From Negaprion brevirostris (taxonomy: Eukaryota), in contig JARDVH010000169.1 of assembly GCA_030324005.1 (NCBI GenBank), forward strand, positions 10,958,997 to 11,022,996: DNA of 64,000 bases, given 5' to 3'. Under the pieces are notes generated by a model. It worked only from the letters and a program-made list of their open reading frames with translations, searched no databases and was not told where the DNA came from. Below, one piece after another: positions 50,570 through 63,125 of this stretch. The translations under genes and the position numbers were made by a program. Numbering within the stretch: the first letter of the stretch is position 1; each line of letters starts with the position of its first letter.

Positions 50570-53500
50570 CAAGATGAGGGCATCACTGGCTAGGCTAGCA
50601 TTTGCTGTCCTTCCCTAATTGCCCTTGACAAAGAGGTGAGAGCTGCCTTCTTGAACTGTTGCAATCCATGTGGCACAGGTACACCCACAGTGCAGATCTG
50701 GAGGGAATTCCAGGATTTTAACTCAGCAACAGGAGGAACAACAATATATTTCCAAGTCAGGGCGGTAAGTGAGTTGGGCAGGAAATATCCAGGAGTTGGT
50801 GCACCATGTATCTGCTGCCTTTATCCTTCTAAGTGGTAGCAGTCATGGGTTTGGAAAAAGCTGCCTCAGAAGCCTTGGTGAGAAGCTGTAGTGCATCTTG
50901 TAGATGATACACATTGCTGCCACCATGGAAAAAGTAAATATTCATTGTGGTGGATTGGGTGCCACTCAAGCAAGCTGCTTTATCCTGGATGATGTCAAAC
51001 TTCTGAAGTATCTTTGGAGGGGCATTCATCCAGGTGAATGGAGAATATTTGATCACACATTTGACTTGTGGCTTGTAGATGGGGGACAGGCTTTGGGGAG
51101 TCAGGTGATGAGTTAATCGTCATAGTCGCTAAATGGCTGGTCCAGTTCAGCTTCTGTTTAGGATGGTGGTCGTGGGAGATTCAATGATGGTAATGTCATT
51201 AAATGTCATGGGGAGGTGGTTAGATTCTCTCTTGTTGCAGATAGTCATTGCCTGGTATTTATATGGTGCAAATATTATTTGCCACTTGTCAGTCCAATCC
51301 TAAGTATTGTTCTGATCTTGCTGCATTTGGACATCGACTAGTTCAGTGTCTGAGTCGTGAATAGTGCTGAACATTTTGCAAACAGCAGCAAACATCCCCA
51401 CTTCTGACATGATGATAGAAGGAAAGTCATTGGTGTAGCAGATGAAGAAATTCCTGTTGCAATGCTCTAGAATTGAGATTACCAACCTCCAGCCACCACA
51501 ATCATCTTCTTTTATACCAGGTATGACTCCAAACAGTGGAGCGATTCTCCCACAACAATTCCTATCGATTTCAGTTTCACCAGAGCTCCTGATGCAATGC
51601 TGCCTAATGTCAAGGGCGGGGAAGTCACTTTCCCTTATCTCTGGAATTCAGCTCCTTTGTCCATGTTTGAACCAAAACCGTAGTGTGATCAGGAGCAGAG
51701 GGGCCCTGGCAGAACCTAAATTGAGCATCAGGGAGCTGGTTATTGCAAAGCAAGTGGCACTTGAAACAGTATTCAGGACCTCATCACATTATCAATGATC
51801 GAGAGTAGACTAATGGGGCAGTAATTAGCTGGGTTGGATTTGTGCTGCTTGGCAATTTTTCACAATGCTGGGTTGATGATAGTTTTGTAGCTGAACAGCT
51901 TGGCTAGGGGTGTGGCAAGTCCTGGAGCACATCTTCAGTAATATTGCTGGAATACTGTCAGGGCCCATAGATTTTGCAGTATCCAGAGCTTCGCTGTTTC
52001 TGAATATAACATGGAGTGAATCAAATTGGCTGAAGACTGGCATCTGTGATGCTGGAGACTGCCAGAGGAGGCTGATATGGATTATCCACTCAGCACTTTT
52101 GGCTTAAGGCTGGAGCACCTGCAACAATCTTATCTTTTGCACTGGTGTGCTGAGCTCCTCTGTTGTTGAAGATGGGGATATTTGAGTTCTTTAATTGTCT
52201 ACCACCATTCACAGCTGGATGTGGCAAGACTGCAGAGCTTAGATCCGATCTGTTGGTTGTGGAATTGCTTAGATCTATTTCTTGCCACTTATGCTGCTTG
52301 ACAGCCAAGCAGTCCTGTATTATAGCTTCATCAGATTTCAGTTATGCCTGATGCTGCTCTTGGCAAGTTCGCCTGCACTCTTCATTGAATCAGCGTCGAT
52401 CCTTTGGTTTAGTGGTCATGGTAGAGTGAGAGATATGCTGTGCTACGAGGTTACAGATTCTGGTTGAGCAGAATTCCGTTGCTGCTGGTGCCAACAGTGA
52501 CTCATAGATGTCAAGACTGGAGTTGCTAGATATGTCCAAAGTCTATCCCATTTAGCACAGTGGTAATGCTACACAATATGATGGAGGGCACACTTAAATG
52601 TGAAGACTATTTCACAAAGTGATTTTTCACAGTGCTCTTCAAAAGAATACCAGTGATAAAGAAGGACTGTAGAACAAGGGATAATCAGCCATGGATGTCA
52701 AAGGAAATAAAAGAGGGTATCACATACAAAGTGGCCAAGATAAGTGGGAAATTAGAGGATTGGGAAATCCTTCAAGGTCAACAGAAAGCCACAAAAAAAG
52801 CTACAAAGAAAATTAAGGCTATGAGCTTAGAATATCAAAACAGATAAGAAAAGCTTCTACAAATATATAATACGAAAAAGAGAGGCTACGGTAAACATTG
52901 GTCCTTTAGAGGATGAGGAGGGGGATTTAATAACAGGAAATGAGGAAATGGTGGAGGCCTTGAACAGGTATTGTGTGTCAGTCTTCACAGTGNNNNNNNN
53001 NNNNNNNNNNNNNNNNNNNNNNNNNNNNNNNNNNNNNNNNNNNNNNNNNNNNNNNNNNNNNNNNNNNNNNNNNNNNNNNNNNNNNNNNNNNNAATGGTGG
53101 AGGCCTTGAACAGGTATTGTGTGTCAGTCTTCACAGTGGAAGACATAAATAACTTGCCAAAAATTGGTGACAAGACAACCAAGGCAAGTGAGGACCTAGA
53201 AACGATCGTTATCACTGAAGAATTAGTGTTGGGCAAGCAAGTTTCCTGGCCCTGATGGGATGCATCCCAGGGTACTAAAAGAGAAGGCAGGGAAAATAGC
53301 AAATGCACTAGTGGTAATTTATCAAAATTTGCTCGACGCTGGGACGGTTCCAGCAGATTAAAAAACAGCAAATGTGGCACCACTGTTTAAAAAAACGAGT
53401 TAGACAAAAGGTGGGTAACTATAGGTTGTTTAGTTTAACTTCTATAGTGGGGAAAATGCTTGAATCAAGGAAGAAGTAGCAGGACATCTGGATAGAAATG

Positions 53501-55705
53501 ATCCCATTGGGGAGGTGCAGCATGGGTTCATGAAAGGCAGGTCATGTTTAACAAATTTATTCAAATTCTTTGAGGACATTATCAGCATGGTGGACAACAG
53601 AGAACCGGTGGATGCAGTATATCCGGATTTCCAGAAGGCATTTGGCAAGGTGCTGCACAAAAAGCTGCTGCATAAGAAAAAGGTACATGGTGTTACAGGT
53701 TATGTATTAGCACAAACAGAGGATTTGTTAACTAACAGAAGGAAAAAAGTTGGGGGTAATTTGAGCATTTTTCTGGTTGGCAGTGACTAGTGGTGTGCCT
53801 CAGGGATCAGTGTTGGGACCACAATTGTTTACAATTTGCATAGATGATTTGGAGTTGGGGACCAAATGTGTCAAAGTTTGCAGAGGACACAAAGTCTTCA
53901 AAGAAATATAAATAGTTCAAGAGTGTGGGCAACGTTCTGGCATAGGGAGTGCAATGTTGGTAAATGAGAGATCATTACTTTTGGCAAGGATATCTGCAAA
54001 ATGGACTATTATTTAAGTGGTTAAAAAATTGCAACATGCTGCTGTGCAGATAGACCTGCATGAATTGCAAAAGGTTGGTTTGCAGGTGCAGCTGGTACTT
54101 AAGACAACAAATGGAATTTTGTCCTTCATTGCTGGAGGGATGGAGTTTAAAACAGGGAGGTTATGTTGCAGCTGTATAAGGCACTGGTGAGGCCACATCT
54201 GGAATACTGTAGTCCAAAACTGGAGTACAGTTTTGGTCTTCTTACTTAAGAAAGGATGTACTGGCACTGGTGCAGAGGAGACTCACTCCATTGATTCTGA
54301 AGTTGAAAGGGTTGGCTTATGAGGAGACTATGAGTAGACTGGGACAACATTCATCAGAATTTAGAAAAATAAGGGAGAATATAGAAACACACAAAATTAT
54401 GAAGGGAATAGATGAGATAGAAGCAGGGAGTTTGTTTCCACTGGCGAGTGAAACTAGAACTAGGTGGCATAGCCTCAAAATAAAAGGAAGGCACATTTAG
54501 GACTGAGTTGAAGAGGAACTTCTTCACCCAAAGGGTTGCAAATCTGTGGAATTCCCCGTCCAATGAAGCAGTTGAGACTACCTCATTGATTTTAAGGCAA
54601 AAATAGATTTTTGAACAGTAAAAGAATTAAGGGTTATGGTGAGTGGGTGGGTAAGTGGAGCTGAGTCCACGAAAAGATCAGCCATGATCTTATTGAATGG
54701 CGGAGGCGGCTCAAGGAGCCAGGTAGCCTACTTCTGCTCCTGGTTCTTAAGTTCTTATATTCTTTAAATTGGGACTTTGTCTCCACAAGGACTGTGCAGT
54801 AGTCACTCTTACTGATACTGTCATGGATAGACGCATCTGTGGCAGTCAGGTTGGTTAGGATGAGATGAAGTATATGTTTCTCTCTCTTGTTGATGCCCTC
54901 ACCACCAGATAAAAACCCATCCTAGCAGTTTAGCATTTGGCCAGCACGGTGTGTGGTGGAGTTAACAAACCACACTTGGTAATGGACATTGAAGTCCCCA
55001 AACCAAAAGGCAAGGGCACTGTGTGCCCTTGCCACATTCAGTGCTTCTTCCAAGTGGTGTTCAATACGGAGAAGTGCTGACTCATCAGCTTGGGAGAGAA
55101 AAGATGGGGTAGACAGTCAGAAGTTTCCTTGCTCATGTCTGACAATGCTTTTAGACTTCATGGGATCCAATGTCAATGCTGAGAACTCCCAGGGAAACTC
55201 CTTCCCTACTATATATTAAATGTTGCCATCTCTGCTCAGTTGGTCCACCAGTGGGACAGGGCGTTATCCGTAAGATATGACTGTCAGGCTACTGTTTGAC
55301 CAGTTTCCAAGACAACTCTCCCATTTTTGGTGCAAGCCCCCAGAAGTTAGCAAGGAAGACATTGTCATGTTGATAGGAATGGGTTAGCTATTGTTGTTTC
55401 CAATGCCTGTGGTCCAGTTTCTTTCCTTTTTATTGACTTTGTAACGGTTTGATACAACTTAAGTTGCTAAGGGTCTGAAGCCACATAGTGGCCACACTAT
55501 GTATGGACAACAGACTTCCTTCCTAAAAAGGACATTAGTGTACCAGATGCGTTTTTACAGCAAACAACAGTGGTTTCATCACCATTTTTACTGGATTCAA
55601 ATTTCACCATCTGCCAATGATGAGATATGAACCCAGGTCTCTAGACTTGCTCTGGGTCTCTGGATTATTAGTCTCGTGACAATACCATCGTGCCACTGCC
55701 TCCCC
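50570..55705 (-). mobile_element. Decayed near-full-length CR1/L2-group LINE with tRNA-like 5' head, split by a younger CR1 at ~52609-54765
   Basis: Minus-strand words in order: N.WGL..K.GEL...PD.ILTE-like and GDFNVH (APE endonuclease, 55360-54965); LDTAKSMGPDSIPAILLK; NDFPSIIMSEVGMFA..C..F (RT); KYSPFTWMNA...L.K.D.IQDKAA; 3' tail. Head at 55510-55705 with A/B-box-like motifs. Confidence 0.8.
52609..54765 (+). mobile_element. CR1 LINE, 5'-truncated ~2.1 kb, multiple stops and frameshifts
   Basis: [94 protein letters not shown] and CR1 tail. Confidence 0.95.
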
Positions 55706-56420
55706 ATCTAACAGGGTACTTTCTAAAGGGTGAAAAGCTAGAGAATGTGGAGGTTCAGAGAGATTTTGGAGGTCTGGATGTACACATCATTAAAATGTCA
55801 CAAACAGGTGTAGAAAATAACCAAAAAGTTGAATGGAATGGGGGCCTTTATAATTAAAGGATTAGATAAAAAGGAGGCAGAAGTCATATGTAAACAATAT
55901 AAAGCCCAAAGCCCTGTTTAAAGCAACACATTATCAGAAGAACATACTGGCCTTGAAGGGAACGTGGTGTAGATTTATCAAACTGACACCTGGAGTCCAA
56001 AGGTTGAATTATGAGGAGAGATTACACAAACCAGGGTTGTGTTCTTTGGAAGTTAGGAGATTATGGGACTACTGGATCAAAGATTTTCAAGTGTTCACAG
56101 GAACAGATAAGGTAGACAGAGAAAAGCTATTTATGCTGGTTGGGATTCAGTGGCGTAATCTAAAAATTAGAACCAAATCTATCAGGAGCGCAATTAGGAA
56201 ACAAAAGGTGTCACAACTTGAAACTCTTTCATAAAAAGCACTGATGCCAGATTAATGCTAATTATAAATCTGAGATGGATAGACTTTTGTTAATAAAATG
56301 TATTAGGAGATATGGAGCAAGGTGGCTATGTAGAGCTAGGCGACAGATCATCCATGATCATATTGAACGGAAGAACGGACTTGAGAGGCTAAATAGTCTC
56401 CTCCTGTTCCCAAGGTCCTT
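55706..56420 (+). mobile_element. Continuation (3' part) of the old CR1 begun at 50330
   Basis: Y.L.G..L..V.VQRD.G, RF.KL.PG...LNYEERL...GL.SLE.RRL, CR1-type tail. Confidence 0.75.
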
Positions 56421-58269
56421 GGTTCCTGTAACCTCAAACATCAAAACATCATATTTGTGATATTAAAGTAATTACTAGTATTTTAAATATTTCCGGATAA
56501 ATAATCTTTCTGGTATTACTACAAGCAAGCCAGAAAAAACTTATTTTCTGTAGGCTTAATCAAGTCATCCTTTAACTGCTGTCTATAATGAATCAGATGA
56601 TTTGTATTCCAGCATACATGTCAGTCATAATATTAAATGAAAAATAAATTATCAATGCTGAATATTGTTAAGTATAGAGGAGAAAGATTATAAATAGAAG
56701 TTCTAGATCAAAAAGAAAGACTGCAGCTTCTCTTGCTTTCTTCCACTGTCCTGAGGGTTTGCACCATACAATAAGGATCACATTTTTAGTCAATCATGAC
56801 AGTTAATCAGACCCAAACAAAAGATGAGGAAAAAGCCTTGTGATGGAAAGCTGTGGGAGTCATTATTTTGAAAAAGATTGAAACTAAAATGGTGGCAAGC
56901 AAAGTCAGTATTATGGCATTTAAAATTTGAGAGATACGTACAACTCTAAAAGGAAGAGAGGAGGATACTTTCCTTCAAGTGTCATGCAAAAGTGAAATAA
57001 GCCTAGGGCAAATAATGAGGTCAAATGTTAAACAAAATAAAAAACAAAAAAATTACGACTGCATTTATGCAAGTTAAAATGTAGCTTTGATTGGCTGGGA
57101 TGCCTAACAGCCGACAACGCAGGCTGGTAGTGATCACCGCGTTAACAGGATATGGCTGCTCAAACTGCAGTGCTTTTCAGCATCACATCATTGCTGCCCT
57201 CTGGTGTAGAAATCTCCAAAGGCTTTCAATGCCAAAATATGATTTAACAATTACTCCCTGGTTCATGTGCACATTTCATTGTTATTATGATAGTAACTGT
57301 ACAAACCCAGGAAATGCAGTGAGGATTACTTTTAAAGAGCAACATTTATTGTTTTGCTAAATAATCTAATTATCTGTACAAAAATAAATCATAGCTAAAG
57401 TCATTTCTTTCATCATCTGCTTCATACAATGATTTGAGTGGACAGTGAGAAGACTGCTCAAAGCTTACGTTTCTGTCACACCTCTAATTTGACCCATTGA
57501 ATTGTTGCTGGGTCATTTAAAACCTCCAGCTTACAGCAGTGGCAATGCTAGAAACATGATGCAATAATATACTCTTTGGCAATATCCGCAGTTTCCATAA
57601 CACTACTGTGGGTGTTAACCACAATCCAGAACATTCTGACAATCATTTTATCCCATGGGTATTTTGCTGTGAGAATTAGGTTTCTGTGTCTTGTGCATTA
57701 GCGATAATGATCAAAAAAGCTGACTGTGTCATGTTTAATTATTAACAGTAAAGGAACAATTTATTAATCATTCAAGCAGCTGCAAGATTTAATTGTTGTT
57801 TTACATTGCTTTTATGGTTAATCTACTACAGAGAGAACATAGCCTGCTTTGCACTGACACTTGGATTTATTTTCTAAACCATCTGTGGCTTAAAAACTCA
57901 AAAATCTTTAAAGCAGGTAACTTTTCATGTGTTACAAACTATCAATGAATCACTCACATATAAATGACAAGTTGTCAAAAATAATTCAACAGCAGATCAA
58001 TGTAATTCACGCAGCAAATAAGAATAAACAAGATGGCAATTAAGTGTTACTTTTCCTCAAATTTCTAAAGCTGCAATTTTCACGTGGCTGAAAGAGGAGA
58101 AACTTGGGGGTGCTCTTGCACAAAGCTGTTATAAAGCATTTGAGGGCCTGGGCTTTATAAACACAGACAATGAGAAAAAAGCCAGGAAGATTTGTTAAAC
58201 CAAATCGTGACTTAAAAATAATTTCTAAACGCAGAGTATCACACCCAAGAGCAGGTTAACATCATTGTG

Positions 58270-59310
58270 TACCAAATTCAGTCGAAGTTTTCAGGTAGGG
58301 TGATGTGTGATTGACAGTAAGAAGGATAGTTGTAAACTGAAGGAGAATATTAATGGACTGTTCAAGTGGCAAATGGAATTTAGCCCGGTGAAATGAAAGG
58401 TGATGCATTTGAGGAGGTAAACAACACAAACAATGACACAATTAATGGGAGAATTTGGAGAGGTACAGAGATCTTGGAGTGAATGTCCATTGTTCCCTGA
58501 AGGTAGCAGGATCAGAAGTGCAAAAGGGACTAGGCAGTCCTGGTTCAGGATTCTCTAAGTTAACTTGCAGGTTGAGTTGGTAGTTAGGAAGGCAAATTCA
58601 ATGTTAGCATTCATTTTGAGGAGACTGGAATACAAAAGCAGGGATGTACTGCTAAGGCTTTAAAAGGCCCTGGTCAGACCACATTTTAAATCTTGTGGGC
58701 AAATTTGGGCCCTGTACCTAAGGAAGGGTGTGCTGGCCTTGGAGAGGGTCAAGACAAGGTTCATGAGAATGATCCCAGGAATTAAAAGCTTGACATTTGA
58801 GGAGTGCTTGAGGACTCTGGGTCTGTAATGGGGCAGGGAGGGGGGACTCCATTGAAACTTACAGAAAGGCCTGGATAGAGTGGACATGGGAAGACGCTTC
58901 CATTAGTCGGTAAGACTAGAATCTGAGCGCACAGCCTGAAATTAGAGGGACCACTCCTTAGAAGCAAGGAATTTCTTCAGCCAGAGAATGGTGAATCTAT
59001 GGAATTCATTGCCAGAGAAGGCTGTGGAGGCCAGGTTATTTAGTATATTTAAGATAGAGATAAGCAGATTCTTGATTGGTAAGGGAATCAAAGGTTATAG
59101 GGAAAAGGCAGTTGAGAAACTTATCAGCCATGGTTGAATGGCGGTGTAGACTCAATGGGCCGAATGGCCTAAGTTTGTTCCTATACCTTATGGTCAATAA
59201 ATTGGTTAGGAAGGCATCTGGAGTGAAGTATGACGGAACTGCATAAATCATTAGTTAAACCACAACTTGAGGACTCAGTGTTGTTCTGGTCACTTTATTA
59301 CACAAAGAAT
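58270..59310 (+). mobile_element. Old CR1 with a younger CR1 (~58510-59195) nested inside
   Basis: KWQMEF...K.KVMHL; inner copy LL.L.KALVRPH...C.Q.WAPYLRK.VLALERV..RF.RMIPG and tail ending TTCCTATACCTTATGGTC. Confidence 0.8.
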
Positions 59311-59325
59311 GTAATTGCACTTGTA

Positions 59326-59494
59326 TAAAAGCTAATTACTGTGGATGCTGGAATCCAAAGCAAAAATAGGAAATGCTGAAAAGTCTCAGCTGGTCTAGCA
59401 GCATCTGTGGGTAGAGAATAGGGCCACACTTCACATTAGGATGACACAGATGCTGTCAGACGTGCTGAGATTTTCCAGCATTTTCTGTTTTTGT
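59326..59494. mobile_element. 169-bp palindromic element with perfect 16-bp TSD
   Basis: TSD TGTAATTGCACTTGTA at 59310-59325 and 59495-59510. Arms GAAATGCTGAAAAGTCTCAGC.GGTCT.GCAGCATCTGTG / CACAGATGCTGTCAGAC.TGCTGAGATTTTCCAGCATTT. Confidence 0.85.
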
Positions 59495-60219
59495 TGTAAT
59501 TGCACTTGTAGCCTGATGGATATTCACAAAAACACCAGCAAAGCCTGACGGTTAAAAGGCTAACTCTGTATCAGGCTAACGACTGTAGGAGCATCAGAGA
59601 ACAGGATGTGCAGCCATGGAATTGATTGGACAGTGGCTGTTGCTATATCTTGAACAGACAGTGAACACAGATCCCTGTGTTGTGTTCCTGAGAGAATTTC
59701 GACCTCTTGACAGAGGAATGACTCTCCGTATTCATGACTGAAAAGGTGGTGATTGATTAGTGTCTGTCCTCGGAGCATGTAACTGGAATATGATAAGTGC
59801 CAGCAGGATCTCTGTCAGGGGAAGAGACACAGAGACCTCAACCACAGTAGAAGCAAGCGGCAGTACCTGGGACTCATTCATCAGAATAAGACTCATCAAC
59901 AGGGAACCTGATCAGTTTGCCTCACTACAAATGGTATCCCTAAGTTTAGATCATGAGTTTGCATATGTTGTAAAGTTTTGATATGTTTTGAATATGTGTG
60001 TGTATAATTGAATAGTTCAAAGTCCAGTTACTTTGTGTCTAACAAAGTTAGATGTTAGTTACTTTGTGTATAAAGAAGCTAGACAGATGTTAAAATACTT
60101 TGCGTATAATGAAGTTTGATGCCTGGTGCAATTTTGCAGTAACTTGGTACAGTACAATAATTCAAGAATTTGAGTGCCTTTATCCATGGCGCCAGTTGAT
60201 CAGAGTTCAAGGGCAAAAC

Positions 60220-60490
60220 ACTGGACAGGGTACAAAGGAGACTCAAGAGGATGTTACCAGTACTGGAAAATTGCAGCTATGATGAAAGTTTGGATAGGCT
60301 GGGGTTGTTCTCCTTAGAACAGCAGAGTATCAGGAGAGATTAAGATGTCCAAAATTGAGAGGGACCTGGATATAGCACATGGGAAGGGCCTACTGACTTT
60401 AGTAGAGAGATCAGTGACTAGGGTACAGATTTAAAATGATGGAAAATGAGAGAAGGCATTTTCACCAAGTAGGGGTCTGGAACTCACGGT
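60220..60490 (+). mobile_element. Decayed CR1 fragment
   Basis: VQRR...RMLP.LEN.SY.E.LDRLGLFSLEQ words. Confidence 0.7.
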
Positions 60491-60492
60491 CT

Positions 60493-60770
60493 TAAGAACA
60501 TAAGAACATAAGAAATAGGAGCAGGAGTAGGCCATCCAGCCCTTCGAGCCTGCCCCACCATTCAATAAGNNNNNNNNNNNNNNNNNNNNNNNNNNNNNNN
60601 NNNNNNNNNNNNNNNNNNNNNNNNNNNNNNNNNNNNNNNNNNNNNNNNNNNNNNNNNNNNNNNNNNNNNACCTGCAGGCTGGGTTTTTGCGACTCATGCA
60701 CAAGGACTCCGAGGTCCCTCTGCACCGTCGCCTGCTGCAGTTTTTCACCATTTAAGTAATAGTCCTTCCT
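60493..60770 (-). mobile_element. Young CR1 spanning a gap
   Basis: (TAAGAACA)2 tail, GGAGCAGGAGTAGGCCATCCAGCCCTTCGAGCCTG; minus ORF QRDLGVLVHESQK. Confidence 0.85.
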
Positions 60771-60789
60771 ACCATTAAGGGTTGGTTGC

Positions 60790-61975
60790 CCTCAGCATTC
60801 AAAGACGACAACGGATGTGCAGACTCAAAGATGGCCAGAGAGGTGGTTACATAGTCTCATAATGGGCATACACAATTGGAGACAATTAGGGTACTGGAAC
60901 TTGTGCTGCACCATGGACAGATGCTGCTCTGTCATGTTATTCACAGGCAACAATAAAGGACTTGACTTTGATCTTTTCCAAATATGATACAAGCTTGACG
61001 GATCGGGGCTCCCCTGCAAGTGCCTTCTCACGCTGATTGTTCCAGCTCATTAGACTTGATGCCACACCATTTTAGATTTCTTTTAATTATGTCTTTATAA
61101 AGCTTGCACAACTGACCTTGGCTTCTTTTGCCAGATGCTAGCTCTCCAGACAACAGCTATTTCAGAATGTGATGGTTCCTCCATTCTAATTCCATGCCCT
61201 ACCCAGGGCAGTTGGACTCTCAAGAACATTGTCTCAACAGTTGTTGTCTGGGCTCAGTCGAAAATTAAGGTTTATGATGCAGCCCTGCCAGTGAATGGAG
61301 CAAAGAGTATGAAACTGTTGCAACGGCCATATGTATTTGCAGTATAAAGACCAGGACACTCAACTGGAGGAAGGAATTAATAACAAGAGAGTGTTGTACA
61401 TCCTGATCTTCATGACGCGATGTTTCATTACTCTGAAGTGAAGTGTTCCAAGCACCGAGCTTGCCTCGCTGATCCTAACTGCTATCTCGTTCTCAAATGA
61501 GCCGTCATTGGAGATAATGGTTCCAAGGTATTTGAAGCTTCAAACCTCTGAAAATCCATTAACCATGATCTGCAGATCTCCCATTTTGTGAGCTTTTATG
61601 ACACAGTCATCAGTGAAATGGACTTCATGAGTTTCTTATAAGTTTTAATTTTAGCACTGAGCTGTTGTTAGGAGTGAGCCGCAAGACAATATTGGAGAAA
61701 CACTCCCTCTTTGGCATCTGTGACAGCATGGTTAAAGGACACAAGTGAAGAACAGGTTAATAATGACTGGTGCTAGAATGCAGCCCTGCTTCACTCTGGG
61801 CAAGATCTTAGAGAAAGCTGATAATTTCACCATTTAAAAGAACCTGGCCCATCATTTCATCATGGAACAACTGTACGATCTTGACAAATTTTTTAGCAAC
61901 CATGTTATTCCAGGATTGTATTTAGGGTCTCCCTACTGACTGTGTCAATGACCTTTGCAAATTCAATAATAGCTT
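60790..61975 (-). mobile_element. Decayed RTE-clade LINE
   Basis: Minus words: I.EFAKVIDTV (FIDLTKAFDTV-like), VKQGCILAP, FKYLGTIISNDGS.ENEI..RI..AS. Confidence 0.75.
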
Positions 61976-63106
61976 TCAAAAGGTGTAAATACTTGGAAAA
62001 AAAGTTGCAAGGACATGGTGGAAGACCAACTGGGTTGCTTTTTGAAAGAGGCAGTGTAGATTCAATGGACTGAATGGCTGTACAGTTCTAAATAAACTCC
62101 ATTAGAGTTTCACATGACTGCCTTTTTTAATGTTGTGGATTTGACAATCAACTGATTCCAGTGAAGGCTATTTAGACACATCTATGTCACGGGTTCCAAA
62201 ACTGTGGGTCACAATCCCCGATCCAGCCTCACAAGCTTCCCCACCCTCTTCAGAGACAACAATGGAGACTGTGGGCAGAAGGCTCTCGCAGAACAGCACT
62301 GGACTCTCTGATCGCTATTTGCAAAACTGCAAGGACCAGGCAGTGAGCCCAATTGATTTGTTAACCTCAGAACGGTCCCATGACGTTTGTGTGCATTGGC
62401 CTGGAGCAGGCAGAGGCATGCAAACATAACTCGATGATTGGCTATGCGCAGAAAAACTGGGAGATTCTACAGTTGAGCTGAGAACGAGTGTGGCTTCTTC
62501 AAACTTTACTACATTTCTGCTCCTGGTCTGGCAACTATGCTTNNNNNNNNNNNNNNNNNNNNNNNNNNNNNNNNNNNNNNNNNNNNNNNNNNNNNNNNNN
62601 NNNNNNNNNNNNNNNNNNNNNNNNNNNNNNNNNNNNNNNNNNCTCCTGGTCTGGCAACTATGCTTCGTAAGCACCACAATTAGACCAAACAGTGGAGCGA
62701 TAGGAGAGAGGCTGATTACTGTGTGTTTTGGGGTTAGGGAGGAGAGGGGTTTCATTGAGTCTTTTGCCACACTTCTATCCTTCTTGGTCTAAAAGCTGAT
62801 AGAATTTGGGATTTAGATATTTAAAAATTGAGATATTGATGTTTTTAAAAAAAGCCAAATTTTAACAAGGCAGGTTGCATAGCAGCAAAAGCTACTACAC
62901 TATTTCTAACATTAACGTGCATTTAAAAATGCAAAATATTACACACATGGATTAAAAATAAGGCAATATATACATGCCTCTGAAGATAGGGAAGGCTATT
63001 TGGCATGGAGGGTTTGTTCCCTGCCACTAAAGGTGAACTACCAGCTGTCAAATGGACAAATTATACACAGCAGTGCCACTTTTCATATTGGCTGTTTATT
63101 TGTGCT

Positions 63107-63125
63107 GCAACACTAGAGGGAGCAC
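63107..63125 (+). promoter_or_regulatory. Candidate CTCF site
   Basis: GCAACACTAGAGGGAGCAC resembles the CTCF core CCACYAGRGGGCRC. Motif match only. Confidence 0.3.

Noticed and set aside
52947-53139. Identical ~46-bp sequence (AATGGTGGAGGCCTTGAACAGG...TTCACAGTG) on both sides of a 100-N gap
   Set aside because: Exact duplication flanking a placeholder gap is typical of unmerged contig overlap; probably an assembly artefact.
62520-62665. Identical 23-bp sequence (CTCCTGGTCTGGCAACTATGCTT) on both sides of an N gap
   Set aside because: Likely scaffolding overlap or a collapsed tandem repeat; cannot be interpreted, and it is not a CRISPR-like array.
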